DNA from: an uncultured Alphaproteobacteria bacterium
GTDB taxonomy: Bacteria; Pseudomonadota; Alphaproteobacteria; SHNJ01
Assembly (NCBI GenBank): GCA_964647725.1
Contig: CAZYJI010000005.1
Location: forward strand, 47,190-111,189
Length of the DNA: 64,000 bases
Direction of reading: 5' to 3'
Position numbers and translations under genes: made by a program. The notes under the pieces were generated by a model. The model made no database searches and was not told where the DNA came from. It was given only the letters and a program-made list of their open reading frames with translations. Positions 51,710-62,424 of this stretch are shown here, piece by piece. Every line of letters begins with the position of its first letter. Within the stretch, counting starts at the first letter, position 1.

Positions 51710-51937
51710 GCCGTCCTTAAATCAGGCTAACGGCGCTGCGCGGCTTCGCGTTGACGGCGCATCAATTCCATTAATCTGAAATGTTCGTCCCTAGACATTT
51801 GAACCTTCCCTTTTCATAGTTGTTATAATATTATTACTAATCATTAACTATAATATACATAATATTACAAAATAAGTCAAGTTACAATTATGTTAATTTC
51901 ACTATACGCTGGATTGGCGATCGAATATGAGTGATTT

Positions 51938-52624
51938 ATGTCCCAGCCAAAATCGTCCAACCAACCCCTGATGAACGCCGCGCAAATCGACCAATTTTTC
52001 TCGATCCTGAGCGCCGCGAATCCTGAACCCAAAACCGAACTGGAATATAAAAATCCATTCACGCTTTTGGTGGCGGTGGTGTTATCGGCGCAATCGACCG
52101 ATGTCGGCGTGAACAAGGCGACCAAGGAATTATTCAAAAAAATAGATAATCCGAAAAAAATGCTGGAACTGGGCGAGGCGGGTTTAAAAAATTATGTTAA
52201 AACCATCGGGCTTTATAATGCCAAGGCAAAAAATATTATCGCGCTTTCTAAAATTCTGATCGACGATTTTGGCGGCGAGGTCCCGCGCACGCGCGAGGAT
52301 TTGGAAAAATTGCCCGGCGTAGGGCGCAAAACCGCGAACGTGGTTTTAAACGTGGTATTTGGCGAGGCGACCTTGGCGGTCGATACGCATATATTCCGCG
52401 TATCGAACCGCACCGGATTGGCGCCTGGAAAAAATCCATTGGAAGTAGAATTGAATTTGGAAAAACGCGTGCCGGAAAAATTCAAACGCCACGCGCATCA
52501 TTGGATCATTTTACATGGCCGTTATATTTGCAAGGCGCGCAATCCAGAATGTTACCGTTGTCCGGTTATGAAACAGTGCCGCTTTGCGAATAAGAACTCG
52601 CAATCGCCGCTGAAAGATTTGTAG
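51938..52624 (+). CDS. nth: endonuclease III
   Basis: HhH-GPD 'LPGVGRKTANVVL' and C-terminal [4Fe-4S] Cys ligands in the pattern 'C......C..C.....C' are present. Confidence 0.9.
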   Translation: MSQPKSSNQPLMNAAQIDQFFSILSAANPEPKTELEYKNPFTLLVAVVLSAQSTDVGVNKATKELFKKIDNPKKMLELGEAGLKNYVKTIGLYNAKAKNIIALSKILIDDFGGEVPRTREDLEKLPGVGRKTANVVLNVVFGEATLAVDTHIFRVSNRTGLAPGKNPLEVELNLEKRVPEKFKRHAHHWIILHGRYICKARNPECYRCPVMKQCRFANKNSQSPLKDL

Positions 52625-52788
52625 GCGAGGCTTATCGCCCCATGCTACCGCGCCTCGTGGATACCAATTTTCTAACAGACCCTTCGGTGATTCTGGAAAT
52701 TCTGACCAAAGACTTGCTGCCTTTTCTCTTGGCAACCAATTTCTTATGTGAATATTTGGCGCGAGTCATGACTTAAAAATTAATTGGT

Positions 52789-53712
52789 TTAAAACCCGCT
52801 GCCGCCGGTGCTGTACAGGCCGCCTTGGCCTTGATACGATCCGCCGCCGCGTGGCTGGTTATTGGAACGGCTTTGATTTGCGGCTGGCGCTGGTGCATTG
52901 GCGCGCGGCGCGGACGATAAGGATTGTACGTCGCCGTTGATTTCGCCGCCCGCATCCACTTGGATCACGCCATAACGCACCGAACCGATGATTTTTCCGC
53001 CCGGCATAACATGCAAACGGTTGCGCACGGTCAAATTGCCTTCGAAATTTCCGGCAATCACCGCGGTATCGATTTCCGCATTGCCTTTGAACGCGCCCGA
53101 TGGCGCGATTTCAATTTGTTTGCAATCTTTCAACGCCGCTTGAACATTGCCTTCGACCACCAAAATATCGCAAGTGGTGATTTCGCCGTTCAAGGAAATA
53201 TCGGGACCGACCACCAAACGGCGGCCTTCGCCACCTTGTTGTTGCCGGGTTTCCAAACGCGTTGGTTGCGGCGCTGGCGCAGGGGCGTGGTTATTCGCAT
53301 ATAAAGGTGTTGGTGCTGGTGCCTGTGGCGCGGGCGCAAAATTTTGCGGCGCGGATGGTTGTGGTGCAGCGTACCCAGCATTGAAAATATTTGGCGCCGA
53401 TTGATGCGATCCGGCTTGGCCATTGGTTGGCGTGACCGGAGCAGAAGAATTCGGGAAAGTCTGATTCATGGCGGGAACCTCTGGTTTGATGGTGGGAGGG
53501 AGTGGAGGCACAGAATTATTTTCCGCAACAGCAGGCGGATTTGCCGCCACTGCTTTGGCAGGCGCGGATGGTTGCGCCCGGCCGTTATTCGTATCGGCGG
53601 GTGAATTAAAACCGCCAATGGAAATAGGCGTGGTTTTAGCCAAACTGGCCAAAGCCTCCTCTTGCAGGTAATTGCCTTGTTCTCCTAAAAGGTCTTGCCT
53701 TTTTAAGATCAT
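52789..53712 (-). CDS. bactofilin family cytoskeletal protein with long Pro/Ala/Gln-rich N-terminal extension
   Basis: The C-terminal beta-helical DUF583 repeat region (ISLNGEITTCDILVVEGNVQA... GKIIGSVRYG) is present. Confidence 0.65.
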   Translation of the reverse strand: MILKRQDLLGEQGNYLQEEALASLAKTTPISIGGFNSPADTNNGRAQPSAPAKAVAANPPAVAENNSVPPLPPTIKPEVPAMNQTFPNSSAPVTPTNGQAGSHQSAPNIFNAGYAAPQPSAPQNFAPAPQAPAPTPLYANNHAPAPAPQPTRLETRQQQGGEGRRLVVGPDISLNGEITTCDILVVEGNVQAALKDCKQIEIAPSGAFKGNAEIDTAVIAGNFEGNLTVRNRLHVMPGGKIIGSVRYGVIQVDAGGEINGDVQSLSSAPRANAPAPAANQSRSNNQPRGGGSYQGQGGLYSTGGSGF

Positions 53713-53948
53713 GTAATCGTTCCCATATCAAAATCATGGTTCGTTTTTTGATAGCAATTGTCCTACACAACCAAAACTGTCGCCTTGGCCTTACCCTGTT
53801 CTTTTATATTTATCGCGCGATTATGCCTGAAAAAGATACAGTAGTAAACTTAAAAAATTGGGGGATAGTTTATTCTATGGACTTGGGGAAAACCCCGAAA
53901 GCCCTATAATAAGCCAATAATTTCATCAATAGATCAAAGAGTTACATT

Positions 53949-54941
53949 ATGTCCCCCGAATATGATTTGCTTGGAATCGGCAATGCGATTGTCGATGTCC
54001 TAGCCTCGATTAACGAGCAATTTATCAGCAAGCAAAATATGCGCAAAGGGGCCATGACTTTGGTCACCGAGGTAGAGGCGGAACGTATTTTTGCCGCCCT
54101 GCCATCGCCTCGAACGGTTGCTGGCGGCGCGGTCGCCAATAGTTGCGTTGGCGCCGCGATGCTGGGCGGGCGGGTGGCCTATATCGGCAAAGTTAAAAAT
54201 GATGAACTGGGCGAAATTTTTTCAAGCGATATGGAATCGTTGGGTGTTTATTTCAAGACCGCGAAAACAACCGCCGGGCCCAGCACCGCGCGATCGATGA
54301 TTTGCGTAACGCCGGATGGCCAGCGCACCATGAACACATTTTTGGGTGCTTGCGCCCATATTGAAAAAACCGATATCGACGAACATCTTTTAGCGAAATC
54401 GAAAATCGCTTTTATCGAAGGATATTTGTGGGACATCCCCGCGATGCGTCCGCATTTGCAATTGGCGGCGGGGCTTTCGCACGCGGCCGGGAATAAAGTC
54501 GCGCTGACATTATCCGATGCGTGGCTGGTCGACCGGTACCGCGATGATATACGCCGGTTCGTGCACGATCATGTCGATATTTTATTCGCTAATGAATCGG
54601 AAATTATTTCATTTTACCAAACCGCCGATTTGGACGAAGCGATCAATAATTTGCGCCGCGATTGCAATTTGGGCGTGATTACCCGCAGCGAACATGGATC
54701 GATGATCGTCGATGGTAATAATGTTATTCCAATCGCCGCCGAAAAAGTGCCGGTGATCGATACCACCGGCGCGGGCGATTTATATGCCGGCGGATTTTTA
54801 TTCGCATTGACGGCCGGATATCCGCTCGACCGGTGCGGGCATATTGCATCGATTTGCGCCGGGGAAATTATTTCCCATGTTGGCGCGCGTCCGGCGGTCG
54901 ATTTGCAGCAATTGGTGCAATCTAAACTGGCGTTGGTATGA
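53949..54941 (+). CDS. PfkB-family carbohydrate/adenosine kinase
   Basis: 'LLGIGNAIVDVL' N-terminal motif and 'DTTGAGDLYAGGFL' anion-hole motif are present. Confidence 0.75.
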   Translation: MSPEYDLLGIGNAIVDVLASINEQFISKQNMRKGAMTLVTEVEAERIFAALPSPRTVAGGAVANSCVGAAMLGGRVAYIGKVKNDELGEIFSSDMESLGVYFKTAKTTAGPSTARSMICVTPDGQRTMNTFLGACAHIEKTDIDEHLLAKSKIAFIEGYLWDIPAMRPHLQLAAGLSHAAGNKVALTLSDAWLVDRYRDDIRRFVHDHVDILFANESEIISFYQTADLDEAINNLRRDCNLGVITRSEHGSMIVDGNNVIPIAAEKVPVIDTTGAGDLYAGGFLFALTAGYPLDRCGHIASICAGEIISHVGARPAVDLQQLVQSKLALV

Positions 54942-56206
54942 AATCCTTAAGTTTCTACCGCGATAAAAATCTGGCCATTATTTTTTATTTGGGTCTGACC
55001 AGCGGCTTGCCGTTATTGCTCACCTTATCGACTTTGTCGGCGTGGCTAAGCGATGCCAAGGTCAGCATTGAAACGATCGGACTTTTCGCGCTGGTGGGAT
55101 TGCCGTACAGTTTGAAATTTCTTTGGGCGCCGTTAAAGGATTCGATCACCATTCCGATTTTGTCGGACCGTTTGGGCCACAGGCTTAGTTGGTTGTTTGT
55201 CACGCAACTTTTTTTGGCGGCCAGTATTTACGGCCTAAGTTTGATGGACCCGCAAATCCATTTGCAAAATATGGCGCTGATGTGCCTGATCCTTGCGTTC
55301 TTTTCCGCCAGTCAGGATATCGTTTCCGACGCTTACCGGATCGAATTGCAGGAACGGGTGATCGAGGATATGGGCCGCGGCGCTGCGGTACACGCGCTGG
55401 GGTACCGCATCGGCATGTTGATCGCGGGCGCGGCTGCGCTGTATATGGCGGATCCAAAAACATACGGATATAGCTGGAATTATATTTATACGCTGATGGC
55501 GTATATCATGCTGGGCCTGTCGTTTTTATGCTGGTTTTGCCCTAAATCCAAAACCGATGTGGCGCGGCAACAAAAACGCCCATCTTTGCGGGAATCGGTG
55601 ATCGATCCGATTATCGATTTTTCGCGCCGGCAACATTGGGTCTGGATCGCGCTGTTTATTTTATTGTTTAAATTGGGCGATGCGCTGGCAACCTCGCTCG
55701 CGACGCCATTTTATCTGGAACTGCAATTCGCCAAGGCGGATATCGCCAAAATCAGCAAGGTATTCGGCCTGATCGCGTTTCTGGCGGGCGGGTTCGTGGG
55801 CGGTGAAATTATTCGCCGCATCGGCGTGATGCGCGGGCTTTGGATTGGCGGGATTTTGCAATTGCTGTCGAATTTTTTATTCGCCGCGCTCGCCGTTGCG
55901 GGTAATGATTTATCGATGCTGACATTGACGATTGGCGTTGAAAATTTCACCAGCGGTATTGGCGGGGTTGCGTTCGTCGCTTATTTATCGGCCTTGTGTA
56001 ATTTGCAATACACGGCGTCGCAATACGCGATCCTGACATCATTGATGGCGTTCGGGCGGACGATTTTATCGTCGGGCAGCGGGTATATGGTTGCAAAAGT
56101 CGGCTGGGTATGGTTTTTCGTTGCAACCGCGATTGCGGCCATTCCAGGCCTTGTAATCCTGTATTATTTGATGAAACAATTACCGCCGAAAAATCAAATT
56201 AACTAG
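54938..56206 (+). CDS. ampG: AmpG-family muropeptide MFS permease
   Basis: 422 aa with 12-14 TM helices. The AmpG N-terminal signature 'YLGLTSGLPLLLT...LSAWL' is present. Confidence 0.82.
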   Translation: MKSLSFYRDKNLAIIFYLGLTSGLPLLLTLSTLSAWLSDAKVSIETIGLFALVGLPYSLKFLWAPLKDSITIPILSDRLGHRLSWLFVTQLFLAASIYGLSLMDPQIHLQNMALMCLILAFFSASQDIVSDAYRIELQERVIEDMGRGAAVHALGYRIGMLIAGAAALYMADPKTYGYSWNYIYTLMAYIMLGLSFLCWFCPKSKTDVARQQKRPSLRESVIDPIIDFSRRQHWVWIALFILLFKLGDALATSLATPFYLELQFAKADIAKISKVFGLIAFLAGGFVGGEIIRRIGVMRGLWIGGILQLLSNFLFAALAVAGNDLSMLTLTIGVENFTSGIGGVAFVAYLSALCNLQYTASQYAILTSLMAFGRTILSSGSGYMVAKVGWVWFFVATAIAAIPGLVILYYLMKQLPPKNQIN

Positions 56207-56898
56207 GCAACTTCGTTTTGATCCAGCGAATATCCGGCCGAACGGACGGTGCGGATAATATCGTCGGTGCCTTCGATATTGATTGCTTTACGCAGGCGGC
56301 GAATATGCACATCCACCGTGCGCGCCTCGACATACACATTCTGGCCCCACACGGCATCCAATAATTGTTCACGGCTAAATACGCGTTGCGGATTTTCCAG
56401 GAAATGGCGCAACAGACGGAATTCGGTCGGGCCCAAATGAATGTCTTTGCCGGCGCGTTTTACGCGGAAGGTGGATGTGTCCAGCACGATATCGCCGAAT
56501 GTCAAAACTTCGGCTTCACTATTCGGGTTGCTGCGGCGCATCACGGCGCGGATTCGGGCGCTGACCTCGGCGGGGGAAAATGGTTTGGTGATATAATCGT
56601 CGGCGCCGGAATTCAGGCCGCGTAATTTATCGGCCTCCTCCCCCTTGGCGGTGATCATAATAATCGGCACGTTGCGGTATTCGTTTTCGCGGCGCAATTG
56701 GCGGCACACTTCGATGCCGGGGATCAATGGCAACATCCAATCCAATAAAATTAAATCGGGTTTGTTTTCTTTGACTTGGATCAACGCTTCTTCGCCGTCA
56801 TGCGCCAATGATACGGCAAAACCTTCTTGTTCCAAATTATATTTCAGCAAGGTGGCGATGGCCACATCGTCTTCGACAACCAAAATGGACTGTTTCAT
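56203..56898 (-). CDS. phoB: phosphate regulon response regulator PhoB
   Basis: REC domain plus OmpR/PhoB winged-helix domain. It is the terminal gene of the pst-phoU-phoB operon. Confidence 0.9.
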   Translation of the reverse strand: MKQSILVVEDDVAIATLLKYNLEQEGFAVSLAHDGEEALIQVKENKPDLILLDWMLPLIPGIEVCRQLRRENEYRNVPIIMITAKGEEADKLRGLNSGADDYITKPFSPAEVSARIRAVMRRSNPNSEAEVLTFGDIVLDTSTFRVKRAGKDIHLGPTEFRLLRHFLENPQRVFSREQLLDAVWGQNVYVEARTVDVHIRRLRKAINIEGTDDIIRTVRSAGYSLDQNEVA

Positions 56899-57653
56899 GA
56901 AACCTTCTTAACGGTTGATCCAGGCTTATTTATATTGATGTTAGCAGCAAGGTCAAGCCCGGCATCGGCATAAGGCGCGTAATGGCTGGTATCCTCGTAA
57001 TAAGGCCGTTGTTCTTCCAGGCGCTGGCCGGTAATCCAGAAATGCACCACTTCGGCGATGTTGCCGATATGATCGCCGATTCTTTCCATGTTCCGGGCAA
57101 TAAACAATAAATGCGTGCCATCGCCCACATCCATCGGCCGCACGGTGGTGGTTTGCACGATGTCGGTAAAAATCGTGTTGTAAAATTCGTCAATCGTCGC
57201 ATCCTTGCGCCAGACTTGCAGGGCGAGCTCGAAATCTTTGTTACTGATCGTGTTTAAAACCTCGGACAGGGATTTTTTCACCGCATTGCCCATGCGCGCA
57301 ATCGCGCCGCGAATATTGGCCAATTTATCGTGATCCAGGACGGAGCTGCGAATCGCAATATTTTTGGCGTAATCGCCTATACGTTCCAAATGCAGGCTGA
57401 TTTTCATCGCCGCAAATACGGCGCGTAAATCATCGGCGACAGGGCTGTATTTGGTGACATACTGAAAACATAAATCGTTGATGGTGCGGTCCAATTGATC
57501 GACGCGCGCGTCGGCGGAATCGACCTTTTGCACCAGATCGGGATTATTGCGCACAAAAATTTCAAGCGCCGTGGTCAGTTGCAGTTCCGCGTTACCCCCC
57601 ATTTCCGCGAGCAGTTTGAAAATCTGTTCTTGTTCTTGGAAATGGTTGTGCAT
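56895..57653 (-). CDS. phoU: phosphate signalling complex protein PhoU
   Basis: Two PhoU repeats with the 'ERIGD' signature are present, one per repeat. Confidence 0.9.
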   Translation of the reverse strand: MHNHFQEQEQIFKLLAEMGGNAELQLTTALEIFVRNNPDLVQKVDSADARVDQLDRTINDLCFQYVTKYSPVADDLRAVFAAMKISLHLERIGDYAKNIAIRSSVLDHDKLANIRGAIARMGNAVKKSLSEVLNTISNKDFELALQVWRKDATIDEFYNTIFTDIVQTTTVRPMDVGDGTHLLFIARNMERIGDHIGNIAEVVHFWITGQRLEEQRPYYEDTSHYAPYADAGLDLAANININKPGSTVKKVS

Positions 57654-57661
57654 GGGGCGCC

Positions 57662-58486
57662 TTATCCGAACCGGCCAGTGATATATCCTTGAGTTCGTTG
57701 GTCACGCGGTGCGTTGAAAATTTGCGTGGTATCGCCGAATTCGACGATTTCACCCATGTGAAAGAACGCGGTGCGTTGCGATACGCGCGCGGCTTGTTGC
57801 ATGGAATGGGTGACGATAACGATCGCATAATTTTCGCGGATATCGGCGATCAATTCCTCGATCCTGGCGGTGGCGATGGGATCCAATGCCGAACATGGTT
57901 CGTCCATCAAAATCACTTCGGGATCGATTGCAATCGCGCGGGCAATGCATAAACGTTGCTGCTGGCCGCCGGATAAATTGGTGCCGCCATCGTGCAGGCG
58001 GTCTTTGACTTCTTTCCACAATCCAGCGCGCATCAGGCTTTGCTCGACAATGTGGAATAATTCTTCTTTATCCTGGGTCAGGCCGTGAATGCGCGGGCCA
58101 TAAGCGACGTTGTCAAAAATCGATTTCGGGAATGGGTTCGGTTTTTGAAACACCATACCAACCCGGCCGCGCAATTGCGTTATATCGACCGAATCGCTGT
58201 AAATATTAATGCCGTCCAAATAAATTTCGCCGGTGACTTTGCAACCTTCGATCAAATCGTTCATCCGGTTCATGCAACGCAGGAAGCTGGATTTACCGCA
58301 ACCCGATGGGCCGATCAACGCGGTGACTTCTTTATTACGAATATCCAGGCTGACGCCGTTCAATGCCAATTTTGTGCCATTGCCATAAGTGACGCGCAAA
58401 TCCTGCACCGACACTTTGGTTTCCCGCGGTTCGGTTACGGGAAGGGTGTAAATATTGTTGCTTGCAATTTTAACGACGTTTTCCAT
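57662..58486 (-). CDS. pstB: phosphate ABC transporter ATP-binding protein PstB
   Basis: Walker A 'GPSGCGKSS', ABC signature 'LSGGQQQR' and Walker B 'ILMDEP' are present. Confidence 0.95.
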   Translation of the reverse strand: MENVVKIASNNIYTLPVTEPRETKVSVQDLRVTYGNGTKLALNGVSLDIRNKEVTALIGPSGCGKSSFLRCMNRMNDLIEGCKVTGEIYLDGINIYSDSVDITQLRGRVGMVFQKPNPFPKSIFDNVAYGPRIHGLTQDKEELFHIVEQSLMRAGLWKEVKDRLHDGGTNLSGGQQQRLCIARAIAIDPEVILMDEPCSALDPIATARIEELIADIRENYAIVIVTHSMQQAARVSQRTAFFHMGEIVEFGDTTQIFNAPRDQRTQGYITGRFG

Positions 58487-58528
58487 CTGCTCTCCTAAAT
58501 CTTTCGTCCTATTTTGTCCGGAATTATA

Positions 58529-59845
58529 CTACCATTTCTTTTCAAATTTATGACGCAGGTATAATGCTAACCCATTCATAAATAACAAGAAAATAATTAA
58601 CAGGATGATCGCGGCGGCGGTTTTTTCAACAAAACCCCGCTCGGCGCTATCGGCCCATATGAAAATCTGCACCGGCAAGACCGATGCGGGACTTAAAAAC
58701 CCATCCGGCGTTGCGGCGATAAAGGCCACCATGCCGATCATTAATAATGGCGCAGTTTCGCCGAGTGCGCGGGCCATGCCGATAATCGTGCCGGTCATAA
58801 TACCGGGCATGGCGAGCGGCAATACATGATGAAACACCGCTTGTACCGGCGATGCGCCCAATGCCAACGCGCCTTCGCGAATCGATGGCGGCACGGCGTT
58901 CAATGATGAACGCGTTGCGATAATAATCACCGGCATGGTCATTAATCCCAAAACCAATCCGCCGACAATCGGCGCCGAGCGCGGCATGCCGAAAAATCCA
59001 AGAAATATCGCCAGGCCCAATAAACCGAATACAATCGATGGCACGGCGGCCAAATTATTGATGTTGGTTTCAATCGCGGTGTTAAACCGGTTTCTTTTGG
59101 CGAATTCTTCCAAATAAATCGCCGCCGCAACGCCAACCGGCAAGGCAAACGCCACCGTTACCAACATGGTCAGTAATGATCCAATCAAACTGCCCAAAAC
59201 CCCGGCCAATTCCGGTTCACGCGAATCGTTCGATGAAAATAATTTCCAATTAAATTGGACGTTCAAGGCATTAATTGATTGTAAGGATTCCAAACGAGTC
59301 AATTGTTCATCATTCAAACGCCGGTCCATTTCCGGCGTACTGCGGTCGAAATGGCTTTTTGCGGCCATGTCCACATCGCTCGACGCTGGAACTTGTAAAA
59401 TCGCTTTTTGGCCTAATTGATCCGGATGGTCTTGTAAATATTTCCAAACAATCGCGCTGGCGCCGCGACTGACCAATTTCTGCAAATCGCGGATTTCAGC
59501 GTCCGGAAATATTTTTTGTAACGATGCGTAAATGGGCGCTTGCAAATCGCCTTTGGCAAGATCCGCGAAATTATGCGAATCTTTGTAAATTTCATCGACA
59601 TCGATCAGCGCCGGATCCAACGGAACTTCCAGCGTTAAAACCGTTTGATACAACGCGCCGCGCGCGTTCCAGCCGATCATGGTTAACAGCACCGCCAAAA
59701 TGCCAATCGACAATGCAACCGCGAATTTTCCGTAAAATCGGAAGCGCTTTTCGGCGCGCAGGCGTTTTTGCAAATGGGTGGTTTTTTCTTGCAATGGCGG
59801 CCAGCTCATCGGCCGGTGTTTTTTAACAGGTTCTTTGGTTGGCAT
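58529..59845 (-). CDS. pstA: phosphate ABC transporter permease PstA
   Basis: Multi-TM permease with the EAA loop. Operon position supports the call. Confidence 0.88.
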   Translation of the reverse strand: MPTKEPVKKHRPMSWPPLQEKTTHLQKRLRAEKRFRFYGKFAVALSIGILAVLLTMIGWNARGALYQTVLTLEVPLDPALIDVDEIYKDSHNFADLAKGDLQAPIYASLQKIFPDAEIRDLQKLVSRGASAIVWKYLQDHPDQLGQKAILQVPASSDVDMAAKSHFDRSTPEMDRRLNDEQLTRLESLQSINALNVQFNWKLFSSNDSREPELAGVLGSLIGSLLTMLVTVAFALPVGVAAAIYLEEFAKRNRFNTAIETNINNLAAVPSIVFGLLGLAIFLGFFGMPRSAPIVGGLVLGLMTMPVIIIATRSSLNAVPPSIREGALALGASPVQAVFHHVLPLAMPGIMTGTIIGMARALGETAPLLMIGMVAFIAATPDGFLSPASVLPVQIFIWADSAERGFVEKTAAAIILLIIFLLFMNGLALYLRHKFEKKW

Positions 59846-59856
59846 GATTTTTCCAA

Positions 59857-61239
59857 TTACTCATATTGTTCGCGGTAAGTGCGCACGATGTAAAGCGCGA
59901 TAAAATTCAAAATCAAGGTTACGATAAATAATACCAATCCCAAGGCAAAAGCCGCCAAGGTGGTGGTGCTGGCAAATTCCTGGTCGCCAACCAGCAACGA
60001 TACAACTTGTACCGTCACCGTGGTTACCGATTCAAACGGATTAAGGGTCAGATTCGCCGCCATTCCGGCTGCCATGACCACAATCATTGTCTCGCCAATC
60101 GCGCGGGACAGGGCCAGCAAGCAAGCACCGACAATGCCCGGCAATGCGGCTGGAATAACCACTTTTTTAATGGTTTCGGCCGGTGTTGCGCCCAATGCCA
60201 GCGATCCATCATGCAGGCTGGTTGGAACGGCGTGTAATACGTCGTCGCTTAGGGATGAAATAAATGGAATCAACATCACGCCCATGGTCAAACCGGCGGC
60301 CAATGCGCTTTCGACCTCGATATTCAGGCCGATTTTTTCGCCCAGCATATTCAATCCGGGTCCGATCAATAAGGCGGCAAAGAATCCATACACTACGGTT
60401 GGAATTCCGGCCAGCAATTCTAGAATCGGTTTTACAATCGCGCGGGTTTTCGGTTTGGCGTATTCCGATAAATAAATCGCGCTTAACAATCCAAGCGGCA
60501 CCGCAACCAACAATGCCAATGCGGTAATCAACAATGTGCCGGTGAAAACCGGGATCGCGCCATAACCACCCGACGATCCGACCTGATCGCTGCGGATCGA
60601 TACTTGCGGGCTCCAATGCGTGCCGAATAAAAATTCATGCATTGGTACGCGTTTAAAAAATTGATACGCCTCGAATGCCAGGGACAATACGATGCCCAAT
60701 GTAACGAACACGGCCAATGTTGCGGTCAGCCATAATAGGCAAATAATGATTTTATCGGCGATGACGCGCGCGGATAATTCCGGGCGGATTTTATTATATC
60801 CGATCCAGCCGAACGCGGCGGCGCAACCGATCAATCCGGTTACAAGGCCGATAGTGGCGAGTTTATGATAATGCGCCAGTTTTTGCGCGATTTCCGCCAT
60901 CCAAGGTTCCGGCGCGCGGGCGATTTCGCCGCCCATGGATAAGGTTTTAATATCGGAAATTAAAAAATTGATTTTATCGGCGCGGCTGGCCATTTCCGGC
61001 GGGATGGAGGCGTGAACCCAATTCGATAAAATATGATGCGATCCGGTTTGCCATAGAATAAAAAATAAAATCGACGGCAACGCGCTCCACAACAAAACAT
61101 ATAATCCATAATAACCTGGCACCGATGCCAATGCGGCGCGCCTGCCGCCGGACAATGCCAATGCTTTGCCGCGTCCGGCTTTCCAGGAAATCAGAGATGC
61201 CAAGGCGATGATGCAGACAAAATATAAAAACAGGCTCAT
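59857..61239 (-). CDS. pstC: phosphate ABC transporter permease PstC
   Basis: Multi-TM permease. Operon position supports the call. Confidence 0.88.
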   Translation of the reverse strand: MSLFLYFVCIIALASLISWKAGRGKALALSGGRRAALASVPGYYGLYVLLWSALPSILFFILWQTGSHHILSNWVHASIPPEMASRADKINFLISDIKTLSMGGEIARAPEPWMAEIAQKLAHYHKLATIGLVTGLIGCAAAFGWIGYNKIRPELSARVIADKIIICLLWLTATLAVFVTLGIVLSLAFEAYQFFKRVPMHEFLFGTHWSPQVSIRSDQVGSSGGYGAIPVFTGTLLITALALLVAVPLGLLSAIYLSEYAKPKTRAIVKPILELLAGIPTVVYGFFAALLIGPGLNMLGEKIGLNIEVESALAAGLTMGVMLIPFISSLSDDVLHAVPTSLHDGSLALGATPAETIKKVVIPAALPGIVGACLLALSRAIGETMIVVMAAGMAANLTLNPFESVTTVTVQVVSLLVGDQEFASTTTLAAFALGLVLFIVTLILNFIALYIVRTYREQYE

Positions 61240-61260
61240 TATGGGTATCCGTTATTCGGT

Positions 61261-61295
61261 AAAATAAAAAGGCGGGGAACGATTAATTCCCCGCC
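61261..61295 (-). terminator. intrinsic terminator/attenuator between pstS and pstC
   Basis: On the minus strand, hairpin GGCGGGGAA-ttaatcgt-TCCCCGCC is followed by TTTTTATTTT. Confidence 0.55.
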
Positions 61296-61310
61296 TTTTG
61301 ATCGGCTTTA

Positions 61311-62333
61311 TTACATCGTCAGCGGTTTCGCGCTTAACGCCTGTTCGCGGATTTGTTTGCGTTCCGCTTTGGTGAGTGGGATCAAGCCTTTATTGGCCAG
61401 ATAACCGTTATCGCCAAAAGTTTTTTCAGATGTCGCTTCGGCAACAAATTCTTTCAGGCCTTTGATCACGCCCAAATGTGCGTTTTTGACATAAAAGAAC
61501 ATGCTGCGCGAGATTTCATATTTGCCCGATTGAATCGATGCCACCGTTGGGGTGATTTTATCGATGGTTGCGGCGCGCAAATAATCGCGGTTTTGATCGA
61601 GGAAGCTGTAACCGAAAATGCCCAGCAATTTCGGATTCGATTCCAATTTTTGCACGATCAAATTGTCGTTTTCTCCCGATTCCACGAATGCGCCATCTTC
61701 ACGCAAGGTGTGGCAGGCTTTTTTGAACGCGGATTCATCCGATTTTTTCAATTCGGACAATTCCTTAAATGTTTTGCATCCGCCTTCCATGGCCAATTCC
61801 ACGAACGAATCGCGGGTGCCGGAAGATGGCGGCGGTCCCAAAACGCTGATTTTGGTGCCTGGCAACGATTTATCGATATCGCTCCATTTGCTGTAAGGGT
61901 TATTGATCATTTTGCCGTCTTGTGGAACTTTTTGCGCCAGGGCCAGATAGATTTGGCGCAAGGTTAGGTTCAAAGGTTCGGCTTTTTTCGACTGCGCTAA
62001 AACGATGCCGTCAAAGCCCAGTTTCACTTCGCTGATCGATGTGACGCCATTTTCGCCGCAAGTTTTAAATTCGCTGTCTTTCATCCGGCGCGATGCGTTG
62101 GCAATGTCCGGATGTTCTTCGCCAGCGCCGGCGCAGAATAATTTAATACCGGCGCCAGTGCCGGTGCTTTCAACGACGATGTCTTTGTAATCGGTATTTT
62201 TCGACAGATTTTCGGCAATCGCTGCGGAAAATGGATAAACGGTGGACGACCCGACGATGCGAATTTGATCGCGAGCCGAAGCAGGCATGGCAATCATCAC
62301 GATCGCCAAGGCAGTTAGAAGGAATGATCTCAT
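61311..62333 (-). CDS. pstS: phosphate ABC transporter substrate-binding protein PstS
   Basis: Signal peptide present. The PstS-family fold with 'GSSTVYPF' is present. Confidence 0.9.
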   Translation of the reverse strand: MRSFLLTALAIVMIAMPASARDQIRIVGSSTVYPFSAAIAENLSKNTDYKDIVVESTGTGAGIKLFCAGAGEEHPDIANASRRMKDSEFKTCGENGVTSISEVKLGFDGIVLAQSKKAEPLNLTLRQIYLALAQKVPQDGKMINNPYSKWSDIDKSLPGTKISVLGPPPSSGTRDSFVELAMEGGCKTFKELSELKKSDESAFKKACHTLREDGAFVESGENDNLIVQKLESNPKLLGIFGYSFLDQNRDYLRAATIDKITPTVASIQSGKYEISRSMFFYVKNAHLGVIKGLKEFVAEATSEKTFGDNGYLANKGLIPLTKAERKQIREQALSAKPLTM

Positions 62334-62371
62334 GGGAAACTCCGTTGCGGGGTTAGAACAAATCGCCCCAG

Positions 62372-62406
62372 CGTTTACTACAATAACGTTACGGATTTAT
62401 GACAAA
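62372..62406 (-). promoter_or_regulatory. candidate Pho box upstream of pstS
   Basis: On the minus strand, TTGTCAT-aaat-CCGTAAC-gtta-TTGTAGT forms three 7-mers at 11-bp phase, resembling the CTGTCAT-N4-CTGTCAT PhoB sites. Confidence 0.3.
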
Positions 62407-62424
62407 GACCAAGCCCGAAAAAGC

